Source of the DNA: the human T2T-CHM13v2.0 reference genome, Homo sapiens
Reading direction: 5' to 3' (one strand)
Assembly: GCF_009914755.1 (NCBI RefSeq)
Contig: NC_060932.1
Length of the DNA stretch: 64,000 nt
Position numbers and translations under genes: made by a program. Each line of letters starts with the position of its first letter. The stretch's first letter is position 1. The notes beneath the pieces were generated by a model. The model was not told where the DNA came from and ran no database searches. It saw only the letters and a list, made by a program, of their open reading frames with translations. Below, one piece after another: positions 47,455 to 61,419 of this stretch.

Positions 47455-48010
47455 TCCCACACCATTCTATAAGGTGGACATTACACCCATTTTGCCCTGA
47501 GGAAATAGTCTCAGAGAGATTGGGCAATATACTTAAGGTTAAGCAGACAGCCACTGTCAAACCCAAGTCCATGTTGGTAATCACTGCTCTGTTGTACTTG
47601 TGGGGGTATGGGGGACCCTGGGAACACCACGAGGGCAGTGGCAGCTCCCAGGGATGGCAAACTCCACTGAGCTAAAGCCACTGGGGGCTGCTGCTCTCCA
47701 CGGAAGTAGTTTGTTGCTAGGAAGACTGGAGTGAGTCCTGGGTTACAAATGCTGTCTAGAGACTTCTGCTGTTCTCAGAGGCAATGTGCTCTCATGTGAA
47801 AAAGAAGGCAGATAGAGGTTGAACTTCTGGCTTTCCCACTCAATAGTCATAAGACCTTAAGGAGGCCATCTGACTTCTTTAAGCTTGGGTTTCTTAAACT
47901 CTGAAAGTGACTCAAAGATGAACCACCTTTCTTACTGAGTTGTTTTGTGTATTAAATGAAATATATGCTATAAAGGACCTGTGCCTTAGGAAATACTTAG
48001 TAAAAGTAAA
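47455..48010. mobile_element. MIR fragments (minus ~47455-47570; plus ~47790-48010)
   Basis: 'cccatttt....tgaggaaa...ctcagagag'; diverged core in the second copy. Confidence 0.55.
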
Positions 48011-48647
48011 TTCTCTTCCGCTTTACCTCTTGAGGGAAAAGGCACTCAGTCTCATCCACTGTTTAATAACCAGAGAGAATGAGATTGCCTTGTAAAAAAT
48101 GTTTTTTACTGAGGAAAAATAAATAGAAATCTTTCATCAGGTACTCTCGCAAGCATTAGAGTTACCTGGCCCTCAAATTCTACTCAGGATGTTGCAGTCG
48201 CAGGAAAAAAAAAACTAATTTTATAATTATTTCCTTCCCTTACTTTATTTCTATGAAGACTGATATGTGTATTAAACTGTGAACATTTGTACGTGTCAAT
48301 AAAAATATTTAAAAGTATATATGTCTGTGTGTGTAACTTTTATGCACACAAAAATCTTGCATTATTTGAATCATGGTTGTATGGCAGCAAGTAAATGCTA
48401 AAAACTATAAAACGGAATCCTAAATGACTATATCAGAAGTATCAGGTGTTTATTCTGTTAGGTCCAGGAAATGAGAACCTGGTAGCTGTCACTCAATGCG
48501 AAATCTTACAACTTTTTAAAAATTTTATCAAGGTTTGAGATTAAACTCAAAGAGCCCAAAGCATTATATTATATAATTATTTGGCTAGGTAATAATGAAG
48601 AGCCTTTGACTAGATAGTAATGAAGAGCCTTCCCTCTTATGTCTGTC

Positions 48648-48820
48648 CAGATGGGGGTTCTTATACCTGACTGCATAAAAATAACCTGATATAAAAATGC
48701 TGATTTCGAGGGCTCTCACACCAGAAATGATGATTTCATAGGGCAAGGGTAGGGCTCAGTAATTGGTGTTTTTTCTTTTAAACAACTCCTGGTGATTCTG
48801 GTGAAGGTGATTCTAGACCT
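48648..48820. mobile_element. MER5-like hAT-Charlie fossil
   Basis: 'aaaaatgctgatt...ggtagggctcagtaattgg...aacaactcctggtgattctg'. Confidence 0.6.
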
Positions 48821-49573
48821 TACTAAACTTATATCCTACTTCTCAAGGCCCTCTTTTTTCCAGGAGAATTTCCTATGATTATTCCAATTGGGATCCTCCA
48901 ATGTGCTCTTTGGGATATTATTGTGTGCTATAAAACAGGCTTTGTGACCAAGAAAGTTTGGGAACACATTCTAAGAAATACTCAGTCTGTAATTATCTTC
49001 TAGTTTTCTGTTTGCTGTCAGCATCAATCAATATAAGTCGATATGTCTTCCGATTCTGTGTCTATACTGAATAATACAGCATTTTCTTATTTTATTGACT
49101 GTTTCATGAGGTCTCCTCTCCCCAACTGGATTTATAAGATCCTTGAGACAGTTATGTATTTTTTAAACCCTTTTTGTCACATAGGGCCTACCTGATCACT
49201 GTTAGTGCTTGGGAAAGGCAATGACACCTCTATACTATTTTAACTAACTGATATCACAATGAAATTAACTGAGAAAGGCAAGAATGGTGCCCAGAAGTTC
49301 TATTACTATTCTGAGTCTAGTTCCATCTTGTTTCCTGAATGTGGCTTCAAATAAGGTTCCAGAGGAAACTATACACTGGAAAGTCCAGAAGCACTTGGCA
49401 GGCCACTCTGCACAAGGTAAGCAGTGCAATCCACTACATAGTTGGAAGGAAAAAGGCCTGGAAGAATGGCATGGTCTCTAATGCCACATTGCTAGAATAA
49501 CTTTCCCAAATGCTACATTATTATGACTTCTGGGCACTTGGAGCCAAACAAATATAATGAAAAACGGGTTACA

Positions 49574-49890
49574 GGCCAGGTTTAGTGGCTCACGCCTATA
49601 ATCCCAGCACCTTGGGAGGCCGAGATGGGTGGATTACTTGACCTCAGGAGTTTGAGACCAGCCTGGGCAATGTGGCGAAGTCATGTCTATCAAAAATAAA
49701 AAAATTATCCGGGTGTGGTGGCATGTACCTATAGTCCCAGCTACTTGGAAGGCTGAGGTGGGAGGATGGCCTGAACCCGGGAGGTGGAGGTTGCACTGAG
49801 CTGGAGGTTGCAGTGAGCCCAGATCACCCCACTGCACTCTAGTCTGGGTGACAGAGCCAGACTCTGTCTCAAAACAAAACAAAACAAAAC
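49574..49890 (+). mobile_element. AluJ with 17-bp internal duplication
   Basis: J-type arms; tggaggttgcactgagc / tggaggttgcagtgagc at 49785-49818; (AAAAC)n tail. Confidence 0.9.
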
Positions 49891-49986
49891 AGGAGGGGGG
49901 GATGTTACCTAGAAAAACAGGCAAATAAATAAATAAATAAATAAACAAACAAACAAACATTTACATGCAATTTTAAGTCCAAGTAA

Positions 49987-50326
<340 letters not shown>

Positions 50327-51519
50327 ATGGTTTATATTCTTAACTGAGATGGAAGAGTTTCAGAAATTAGAGAATCCTCTACAATTGTATGTAAAATTCT
50401 GTATGCATTTCCACTTGGGGGAAACAGTTACCTAATATTCATTAGAATCACAAAGAGATCCACGACTCAAAAGGATTTTATCAAACTCTATTATTTTGCC
50501 TCATATAATCGTGAGGTTTATAAAACTGAGTTTTTTTAAACATACTTCTCTAAGCAACATCGTTTTAGTCTGTTTTAAACACTTGAATAGACAGCTTTAA
50601 TAGGGAGGTACTATGTACAGGCCTGCAGCTCTGATGTCTTCTGGTCTATGGTTTATGTTTATGTGTTTACTTAAAGTGGCTTACACAATAATCATGGTTA
50701 CAAGTTGAATAGCACACATTCTTTCAGTTTTATACATACTAAGGAGTTATAAACTCTGAAAGAAAAACTACTATCTGGTAACTGACCCCAAACTGTATTT
50801 GCTAAGCTAATGTAAATCATTGTTCTAAATCAATACAGCCATTTTCTCCAGTAATTACTGGTGGCATTTCCTCAGACAAAGAAAGTCTTTTGCAATTTGG
50901 GGATTTGCAAAGGACTTGTAAGTCAATAGATGTTGTAATTCTTTTGGTATTTTGGGGAGACAAGTCAATCATTTGAGCTAGAATCCAGGTTTAAAACAAT
51001 GTAGTATAATCAACAAATGTATAAAGTTGGAGCAATTTTCCCTTAAGGATAATTTTTGTAGCATGGGTGATCTGTCTTCATCTTTCCTTCCAGCAACTTT
51101 GGTTGAGGTTTGCAGTAAGTATATTTTTACTGCTCTAAAACATCAATGACTAAACATATTGACAAAAGAAAATGTAAAATAATTTTGCTTCAGGGGAGTT
51201 GCATTTTATATATTGTTAGGAGGGAAGAAAAATATCCCAGCATTCACAGTTCTATTTTGGTAAGTCCAATAATAACATGCTAGCATTCAAACATAAAATA
51301 ATAATCCTCAATCATTGATTTTTAATGATTTATTTCCATATTCTCCAACTAACCTTCTTTATGCCAGAAACACATAAAGATATGACAATGGCTGGGAATA
51401 TAAATATATTCTATGACTTTAGAATATTATAGACATAATCATATACATAATATATAATTACTACAGATAGATACAATCGTTTCCTCACTTAGGGGCAAAG
51501 TACATCCCAGTACTATCTC

Positions 51520-51830
51520 AGAGAAAACATGGTATAGTGGAAAGAGCATGGAGTTTGAAGACAGATTCATTCTCTTAATCTTTACTTATATATTTATTAT
51601 AGGCCTGTTTTGGGCTAGGTACTGAGAATACAAGAAGAAACTGATAGATACAATCCTTGCTGCCTGGAACTTTGCAGCTTCAATTTTAGGGTGCTACTGA
51701 GCACTCATGAATCAAGTTAATCTTGTTAAGCCTCAGTTGCCTTATTTGTAAAAGAAGGTGATATCACTCATCTCTCAGGGTGTCACGAAGAGTATATATG
51801 AAAAAGTGACTGGTTCCACTCTAATAAACA
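51520..51830. mobile_element. MIR interrupted by an antisense L2 3' end
   Basis: MIR 5' 'catggtatagtggaaagagcatgg' and core 'aagcctcagttgccttatttgtaaaa' separated by L2-like 'gctaggtactgagaatacaag'. Confidence 0.5.
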
Positions 51831-52425
51831 GGTAATATTTAAATCTGAATTATTACTAGACAGTTATTTCTTAGTTTTGAAGGGACAGATACACCGTGAC
51901 TGTGGAACCGAGTGACAGATAAAAGAACACATTTCAAAATCTTTAGAGAACAAAAGTACACAACCGTCCCACATGATGATTTAATGAAAGTGTTCTATAG
52001 GCTGGTGATTATTTTATTTTGCTAAACTGCATCTAACCTGACAGCCATCCCTTTCATCAACACAACAGAGAACTATAGTGAAAGGTCTGTGTGGTTATTC
52101 AGATGTCCTACAAGAGAAACGCAAATCACTGAAGAATTACTTTATGCACAGACCAAAACTGCAACTTAGGAATGTGTGAAACTGGCTGGAACCAACCTCA
52201 GGGTGGCAAACAAGAGAAGCCTCATTTATGAAGTTTTTCCTGGGAAGAACTGTAACTTCCTATAAAGAGCAGAATGTTTTTATTTCTGCATTAGGATTAC
52301 TACAGAGGCTGAACTCTAACTGCAGTCGCTTACAATTCAGTGGCTCCCAATCCTCATTTCCACCCAAGGACCCCTTTTGTATTCATCCCCACGAACCCTA
52401 GGTTTGGGAAGATTGTGCGTGCAGT

Positions 52426-52615
52426 GTTCAGGAGAGTAGGGGCTCTCCTACTCTCAAGTGTTTGTTAAACTGCCTCTCTAAAAGAATAATTGATTGCAGC
52501 TGGCTCCAGGGAAAGACAGTCTCCCAATAGACAGAAAACACCTGAATTTGGTGATAAGCAGCTTCCCAATAAGATCTTAGGACTTGGGTGAGTGGGCTCA
52601 AACATGCACACTGAC
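52426..52615 (+). mobile_element. Partial MER50-type LTR (U3 fragment)
   Basis: Aligns by eye with both proviral LTRs: 'ctctctaaaa.aataatt...cagtctccca...aaaacacctgaa...agcttcccaataagatctt...gtgggctcaa.catgcacact'. Confidence 0.85.
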
Positions 52616-52811
52616 ATAGAAAACACTGCATGCATGTTTGTTATCTGTACCATGCTAAATTTAAATAATTTCTCAAGTATTTATTCAAGAAAATTATATA
52701 GAATGAATATTCCTCATTGAGGACAAAATCAGCATTACTATATGGAGATAATACCCTTGTAGTCAAAAGCAAAGAAACTTAAGGTCCTCATGATCCCATG
52801 TAGCTTTATCA

Positions 52812-53518
52812 TGTTAGAGTAGGTAGCTAGGCAGACATGAGCAGTGCAGGAGAGGGCTCCCACCCCCACCAGGAATGTCAGGTGATCATCAGGAGATGGT
52901 CAGGTGGTGGTTAAAAAGTCTCTGTAAAATAATAATTGGTTGCTACCAGCACCAGAAAAGGGCAGTCTCCCAAAAGATAGAAAACACTTGAAGCTGGTGA
53001 TCAGTAGCTTCCCAATAAGATCTTAGAAGTTGGACGAGTGGGCTCAAGCATGCACACTAAGGCAAAATGGTGGTGTTTAACTGGTATATGGCCTTCCTCC
53101 AAGAATACTTGAATGGTAAGGGAAAAACGCCTCAAGTGAGTAGAATACAACTTCAGTAACCACACTGCGCATACGGCCCCTCTCAAGTGCTAGCAGGCCA
53201 CTGTGCATGTGGACAGCCCACCTCAAAGGAAGAATCAGGGGAGAAGAGACACAAATCCCAGAATCATGCCAATGTATAAAACCCCAAGTCAAGGGCTGAA
53301 CAGTGCACTTGAATCTCCCAAGTTGCCTGCTTGGCCCTCTTCCAAGTGTACTTTACTTCCTTTCATTCCTGCTCTAAAACTTCTTAATAAACTTTCACTC
53401 CTACTCCAAAACCTGCCTCAGTCTCTCACTCTGCCTTATGCCCCTTGGATGAATTCTTTCCTCTGAGGAGGCAAGAATCAAGTTGCTGAGGATCTGTGCA
53501 GATTTTCTATTGCTAACA
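52812..53518 (+). mobile_element. 5' LTR (MER50)
   Basis: TGTTAGAGTAGG...CTAACA; TATAAA at 53275-53280, AATAAA at 53386-53391. Confidence 0.9.
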
Positions 53519-53523
53519 TATTT

Positions 53524-53543
53524 TGGTGCCATGTGACTTGGAT
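53524..53543 (+). promoter_or_regulatory. Primer-binding site, tRNA-His-like
   Basis: TGGTGCCATGTGACTTGGAT versus His PBS TGGTGCCGTGACTCGGAT (2-nt insertion, 1 substitution), 5 nt after the LTR. Confidence 0.7.
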
Positions 53544-55272
53544 ATGTTCCCCAGTGGTGAGATACCTCTATGCCTCTCCTCCTTTGGCTGGAGGTGTTCA
53601 ATCCCTGTACTCAGTTTCTTTCTTGACTTTCACTTTCCTGCTTATTAACCAGTCCCCAGGACAACTTGTCTTGGTCTCAGTGGCTCTGCTCCCCCAAAGC
53701 TGATCTCTCAGCTCACCCTGATGGGTGGCTTGTTGGGGTGGAAAGGACTTTGGAGTCCACACTGCATAGATCTGAGGCCCTAGTGGCCCTCCTGGACAGG
53801 AGGCCAGCAAGAGTGGTGAGGCTAAAGCCTAAGACCATGAAATATTTGGGGTTTCCTCTGCTTTTTCAACTAAAATTGGATCTTTCCCCAAAATCCACAC
53901 CACTTATTCTCTGGTTTTCTCTGTGGGTATTCTGAAATGGCCTTGTGCACCTGCCAGATCGTCTGCCTTGGGGGCAAGTCTGCTTCTTCTTTGCTTTTAC
54001 TTTGCATGCTGCATGACCTCCTTCTCTGCCTTAAATACACTCCCTGCTATTTGTGCACCCATGGCTCTTGCTGCATTTGTCTGGCAGCGAAGACATGGAC
54101 TCCTTGGAGATATCCCCTGAGATTTATACTTGTTTTTACTCTACCAGCTCAGATGACCTCCAAGTCTTTCCCTGTCTCTTGGCTCATTGCTAGGATAAAC
54201 ACTAATCAGAACCCCAGCTCTGCCAGCTCCTTATGACTTTCCATACACTTTTATTTTCATCCCAGTTATGCTCCAGGGCCAAGATTTTTTGCTTTTGAAG
54301 CAGTTTGTCTGCCTGCATAGGGCCTAACTCTGTGGCCCTTTAAGGACCCCACTTACATGCTGCTTTTTTTTTGTTGTTGTTGTTGTTTTTGTTTTGTTTT
54401 GAGTTAGCACCCACTTTGGGAGGAAGGGAAATTCTTTCCTTGCCATTTGCTAGCCCTTATCCCAGGCCCCTTATCCTCCTCCAGAGGTTCCTCCTTTATG
54501 TCAGGTGGGCAAATAAACATTGCCCTCTCAAATCCAAGGACTACTGTTTTTGCAAACAAATGAAGGCTTTCCATGAGTATTCCTCTTGCTTCTTCCCACT
54601 TCCTCCTGTAGCAGAGGGATTAACCTGTCTTTTCAAGCATTTGTTCTGTATGTTACCCTGGTGAGGACAAGGAACCCCAAATACAAATTTTCCTCCATTT
54701 CTCTAATCACTTCTGTGCCCTTCTCAATACGCGTCAAGACCTTCAAGGTCATATTTGAAGGGAGGGAAGTCCAGCCCCTTGTAGCAGTTAGCTGAAAAAC
54801 AGGCTTCTTGTCTGCTTAAAAAGCATGGGAAATGGAATTATAAGAAAAGAGAGAATCATTTTGTGCTAAAATGCTCTGAATGAGAGTCACTGTAAGTTCA
54901 TGAGGACAAGAATATAGGCCAGCTGAAGGCTGCAGGTACAAGAGAATAAAAAGTTCCCATAGGACAGAGATGAAGGCTGGTCCAAGGACAGATTACCATT
55001 AGAACAGAGATGAAGGCAAGGTTAGGGGTACCTGGTAAGACTGGTTCATTGTGGAACCCCAAGGATGAATAGGGGGCTTCTGTTCATTCCAGTATCTCCT
55101 CTGTTCTCGAGTAATTGTGATGAGATGGGACCAAAGTTAAGGTACACGGTAAGACTGGTTCATTCTAGAACCCTAAGGATGAATGAGGGTCACCCTGTTC
55201 AGGAAAGGATAATAGGGAGATAACAGGCAACATCTTTTTTCCTTTGTTTTCTCCTCTATTCTCTCTTTGCAG

Positions 55273-56330
55273 ATGGGTAATCGTGTCTCCCTACCACATA
55301 ACATGCTCCTTGGATGCATCCTCAAGAAGTGGGAGAAAATTATAAAAGTCGGCCTTAGAAACCAGTGCCCCTATGATGGAAATCCTCAAGTTAGCCTCTT
55401 CAGTATTTTATAGGTGAGAGTAGAATAAGGAGGACAGGGCTAAAGAGAAGGAGAAACACAGAAATAAGAAACAGGCTCAACTATTGGCTGTTTTACAAGC
55501 CCTCCAGCCCCTCCAGGTTGCCCCAGAATACCCTCCCAGGTAACTGCCATTGGTGTGGGAAGCCAGGCCATTGGAAGGCAATGTGCCTCAATGGGATAAG
55601 TGGGAAAAAGTTCCGCACAGCTTGCCACCTCTGCCACAAGCTTGGGTACTGGAAACGGGGCTGCCTTGAGGGCTGAAGGGTGCCTAGGACAGAATCCCCA
55701 CCCCCGATGGCCTTGAGCTGAAGGAGCTCTACGCTCTGGCCAGTTTCCAAATCAGACCTCACCATCAACAGAACAAAGCCAAGGGCAACTCTGGAGGTGG
55801 CAAGTAAAATTATAAATTTCCCTTTGGGTTTAAGAGCTGCCTACTCTGTGCTAATCTTTTCTAAACAACTCTCCTCCGAATCCTGCCAGGTAATGGGGGC
55901 AAATGGCACCACTTCCCTCCAAAAGAAAAGATTCACACTCCTTTATATTATTTAAGGGACCAATTACCATTCTCCCATCAGTCCCTGGGTAATGAATGTC
56001 TAAATATCCCACACCTCTTTGGTGCAAAAATATACTTTCCAAGATGGGTGTCTGCTTAATATTCACATGATCTCTGAATTCATCTTTCCCTTTAATAGCC
56101 CTGTTTCTCCTGGGAAAGCTACCTAAATCTTTATCTATTAACTTCATCCTGGTCAGTCCTAACTCAGGGGTTTAGAAATTGCCCACATTTATTCAGACAA
56201 GCTCTAGCAAAAATCTAACTGAGCAATCTCTTGAGGTGGGCATAACTTCTACAGTATGTGGATAACCTCCTTATATGCTCCCCTTTCACAGGGCTCACAC
56301 GGCAACATGCAGTACAAACCAAAACTTCCT
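55273..56330 (+). pseudogene. Deleted gag-pro-pol remnant
   Basis: MGNRVSLPHNMLLGCILKKWEK (matrix start); knuckles CHWCGKPGHWKAMC (55545-55586) and CHLCHKLGYWKRGC (55623-55664); in-frame protease-like PRATLEVASKIINFPLGLRAAYSVL; RT VLTQGFRNCPHLF and LQYVDNLL (56255-56266). Confidence 0.85.
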
Positions 56331-58064
56331 AATAGAAGGAAAATGAATTTTGTCTAATTCAAAAGTTATAAAGGTAAAGAGGTATTTTTGGTAAGAAAAG
56401 TTATAAAGAGGAGATTTTGTATGAAAAAGGATCTTTTATGGTAAATTTTTGTCCTAAAGTAAAATAACTGGTTGTTTACAAAGAGGAATGCTTAGGACCA
56501 AAAAAGTCCAAACATGTTGTAATGGTCTGAGTCATAAAAAGATTCATGAAAGGAATTTATGAAAAAACGTTATACAATTTTAAAGGTTATTAGGCCTACT
56601 AAATGCTTCATAAACAACTACTATGACTTTTAATTGTACAACTTGCCTGCTTTAAAGCCATTAAATTCTAGGTAAGGACTGTGGACATACACAGTTTGCC
56701 ATGTCCCCAAGCCGTGCTGGTAAAAGTAAAACCTTATCTGAACTTCTGTCTGATGTCCTAGGCTCTAAATCTAGGACATAATCAGAATCTGCTACCAGGT
56801 TTTTCACCAAAAGTAAAAGTTGCTAAGAGTTAACAGTGTAATTTGTACATAAGACCACTGAAAGAACAGTTTCACATGAAAGGCATGTGAAGAAAGTAGA
56901 ACACGTTTCTGGTAAAAGATTACAAGAAATGGGAATGTGGATTTTTTTTTTGGTCTAGAGGGTTAAAGGATCATTTTAAGTTAGGGTAAAGCTAAAGATT
57001 TGAGCAAGTTGTGGAAGGTTTGTGAAAAATTAATTTGTAAAACAAATTCTGTGTGAATATATTAGCTAAAATTAAAGGATTATTACTAAGTATACCTAGT
57101 ATTTACAGTTTATCTGTAAATTGAACATTGGAATAGAAGCACAACATAGTTTTCTTATATGAACGTTCTACTCTTTAATGAAAAATTGTAAAGGGTTATA
57201 AAAGGTTTATGAAAATCTTACCTTACAGTCAAACTGATTAAGATTACATAGATTTGTCTATAAGGATTTATTAAGAATTGGGTCTGACATCAATAGTACA
57301 CTAATGCAAATGTAAAGTTTGGTTTTCTTTGCACTGTATCTGTATAAATGTGTTATTGGTATGTGTTCCAAATTTATGCAAAATTCTTATAATTCTGATA
57401 TAATTTAGTATATGTTATCAGTAATAATTATCATTGTTATGTTAAATTATTTTGTGCCTCAGAGGTAACACATTTCCTTGTCAATTGTTCTTTGACTGTG
57501 GCTTGCTTAAGACTTTTTGTCATCCACAGACAATTATTGTCTTATTTTGATCCTCTTCAAAAGATGGCTTTATAATCAGATATAGGACTCTAACAGGTGC
57601 TCTTAAATGCAGATTTCTGATAACTTTAGTGATTGTGACATTAGAATAGGTGAAAAAACTTTCAGGACCCTCATGGAGAGCTGAAACATTCATGAATACC
57701 AAGAAGAACAGGAGTTAACCGCATGGACTGAACTAAGAGAAGACTGACATAATCCTTTCACGACTTTTTGCTTAAAACCTTGCTGATTCTTTTTCAAAGC
57801 CAAGAAAACTTTTCTTTTAAGCTATTTACAGCTTTTAACAATTAAGTATACTCCTATAAACAAAATTTTGAGCATATTCCTCTCTACCTGATTTCTCTAA
57901 AATTTAGAAACTATATGTGAGTATTCTTAACTTATGGCAATATAGTTATTTGCATAAGTGCAATAAAAATGTTTTCTTTGCAGTAGGACACAATTAGAGA
58001 AACTGGTTATTTTACCAAGGCTTTGACTAGAATGATGTGCTTTCCTTTAAAAAATCAAACTTAA

Positions 58065-58367
58065 GGCTGGGTGTGGTGGCTCAAGCCTGTAATCCCAGCA
58101 ATTTGGGAGGCTGAGGCAGGTGGATCATGAGGTCAGGAGTTCAAGACCAGCCTGGCCAACATGGTGAAACCCCATCTCTACTTAAAAATACAAAAATTAG
58201 CTGGGCATTGTGGCATGTTCCTGTAGTCCTAGCTACTCAGGTGGCTGAAGCCGGAGAATTGCTTGAACTGGGACCTGGGAGGAAGCAGTGGCAGTGAGCT
58301 GAGATCACACCACTGTACTCCAGCCTGGGCTACAGGGCAAGACTCCATCTCAAAAAAAAAAAAAAAA
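58065..58367 (+). mobile_element. AluSg-like inserted in the provirus
   Basis: 'ggatcatgaggtcaggagttcaagacc'; degenerate TSD aaaaatcaaacttaa / aaaaatcaaatttga. Confidence 0.88.
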
Positions 58368-59249
58368 TCAAATTTGACTTATAGAGCCAATAAAAGATCC
58401 TTGGGAAAACTGACCTTATACCTTGTCTACACAGTCCCTGTACAAGGTTTCTGACCTGTGACAAGTAAAGAATGTTACTTTCTGACAGGCCCAGGAGCCC
58501 CAACTAATCTTGGGACCTCATGAGGAGAGGAATTTACCCAACTCATACAGGTTTTTGATGGCACAAACCCATGGCTAAGCTTATGGCTTTAAAAAGTCTT
58601 ATGTGAGATTCCTTACAGAACAAAGTTTCATCAAAGCCAATTTAAAAAGAAGCCTATAAGGCAAATAATTACTCTTGCTGTGCTTTATGCAAATAATCAG
58701 GCGAAGGTTCATAAGGCTAAAGTTTATTCTGCAAACAAATGAGTCCTATCATGATTTTGCTTTTAATAAAAAAGAGCAGGAGAGAAAAAAATTATGTTTC
58801 AAGAACAATTGTATACCTTTTATTAGATTCTAATAAATCTATTAAAGTTGTTTTCGAGTTTTTGTCTGCAATTTATAATGACCCTACTTATTCCTTTGAA
58901 CTAACTAGTGATCTCTGGCTGCAGCTCAGGAGAAACAAGAGGGATGGGCCATCAAACTCCAGATGATCCCCAGTAAGGGATACCATCCTCTCAATATTCA
59001 AGAGTCACCTTTCTACAGAAGACCCATAGACTGCCCATCAGAGGAATGCAACAGAGGTGAAATCTTGCCTGTGTCTCCCTTAGACCTGGCTGGATACTAC
59101 TTTCACCAACCCATGGAGCCACCCTGCCCTGAGAGCTAATAAGAGGCCAGAACCCACAGAAAAATCACCAATGCCCCTCTGCCAGCAAGAAACAGTTACA
59201 GAAGACTAATCTTCATCCAGATTCCCAAAGAATTGGGTCTTGGACTCCT

Positions 59250-59260
59250 GAGGGAGGAAA
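59250..59260 (+). promoter_or_regulatory. Polypurine tract
   Basis: GAGGGAGGAAA immediately before the 3' LTR. Confidence 0.8.
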
Positions 59261-59929
59261 TATTAGAGTAGGGAGCTAGGAAGATGAGCAGAGCAGGAGA
59301 GGGCCCCCAACCCCACACCAGAAACATCAGGAGATGGTCAGGTGGTTTTTATAATGTCTCTCTAAAATAATCACTGGTTGTGGCTGGTTCCAGGGAAAGG
59401 CAGTCTCCCAGAAGTTAGAAAACACCTGAATCTAGTGATCAGCAGCTTCCTGATAAGCTCTCGGGAGTTGGGAAAGTGTGCTCAAGCATGCACGCTAAGA
59501 GGCAAAATGGTAGCATTTAACTGGTATATAACCTTCCTCTAGGAACACTCAACTGATAAGGGAAAAACACCTCAAATGAGCACAACCTCAGTAAGCACAC
59601 TGCGTATGCGGCCCCTGTCACATGCTAGCAGGCCACTGTGCATGTGGGCAGGCCACCCCAAGGGAAGAATCAGGGGAGAAGAAACACAGATCCTGGAATC
59701 ATGTCAATGTACAAAACTCCAAGTCAAGGGCTGAACAGCACACTTGGATCTCTCAAATGTACTTTACCTCATTTCGTTCATGCTCTAAAACTTTTTAATA
59801 AACTTTTACTCCTGCTCCAAAACCTGCCTCAGTCTCTCACTCTGCCTTATGTCCCTTGGATGAATTATTTCCTCTGAGGAGGCAAGAATCAAGTTGCTGC
59901 ATACTCATATGGTTTTGTCACTACTAACA
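59261..59929 (+). mobile_element. 3' LTR (MER50)
   Basis: TATTAGAGTAGG...CTAACA, homologous to the 5' LTR; AATAAA at 59797-59802. Confidence 0.9.
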
Positions 59930-59984
59930 ATGATAAATAAAGGAGGGCCTTTCTGAATTAGTGAGCAGTTGAATTTTTAAAACC

Positions 59985-61222
<1,238 letters not shown>

Positions 61223-61419
61223 AACCCCTTGTGTACACCTTTAGGGGCTTAGGTCTCTCAAGTTCAGAAGAAATGGATTTAGTTTCAAGATTACTTTCCT
61301 TTTCAAAAAATGTAAAATAGTCACATATAAATCATAAGATAGAGTTGTAGTCATTTGGTAATGACCATTGTCTTAGTAATAAAAAAAATACAAAGTAATG
61401 CTCTCCATAGTATATACTT

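Larger units (their letters stand above)
52812..59929 (+). mobile_element. MER50-type ERV1 provirus (two LTRs, internally deleted)
   Basis: Homologous LTRs, PBS, PPT, gag/pro/pol remnants; 4-bp flanks ATCA / ATGA. Confidence 0.9.
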
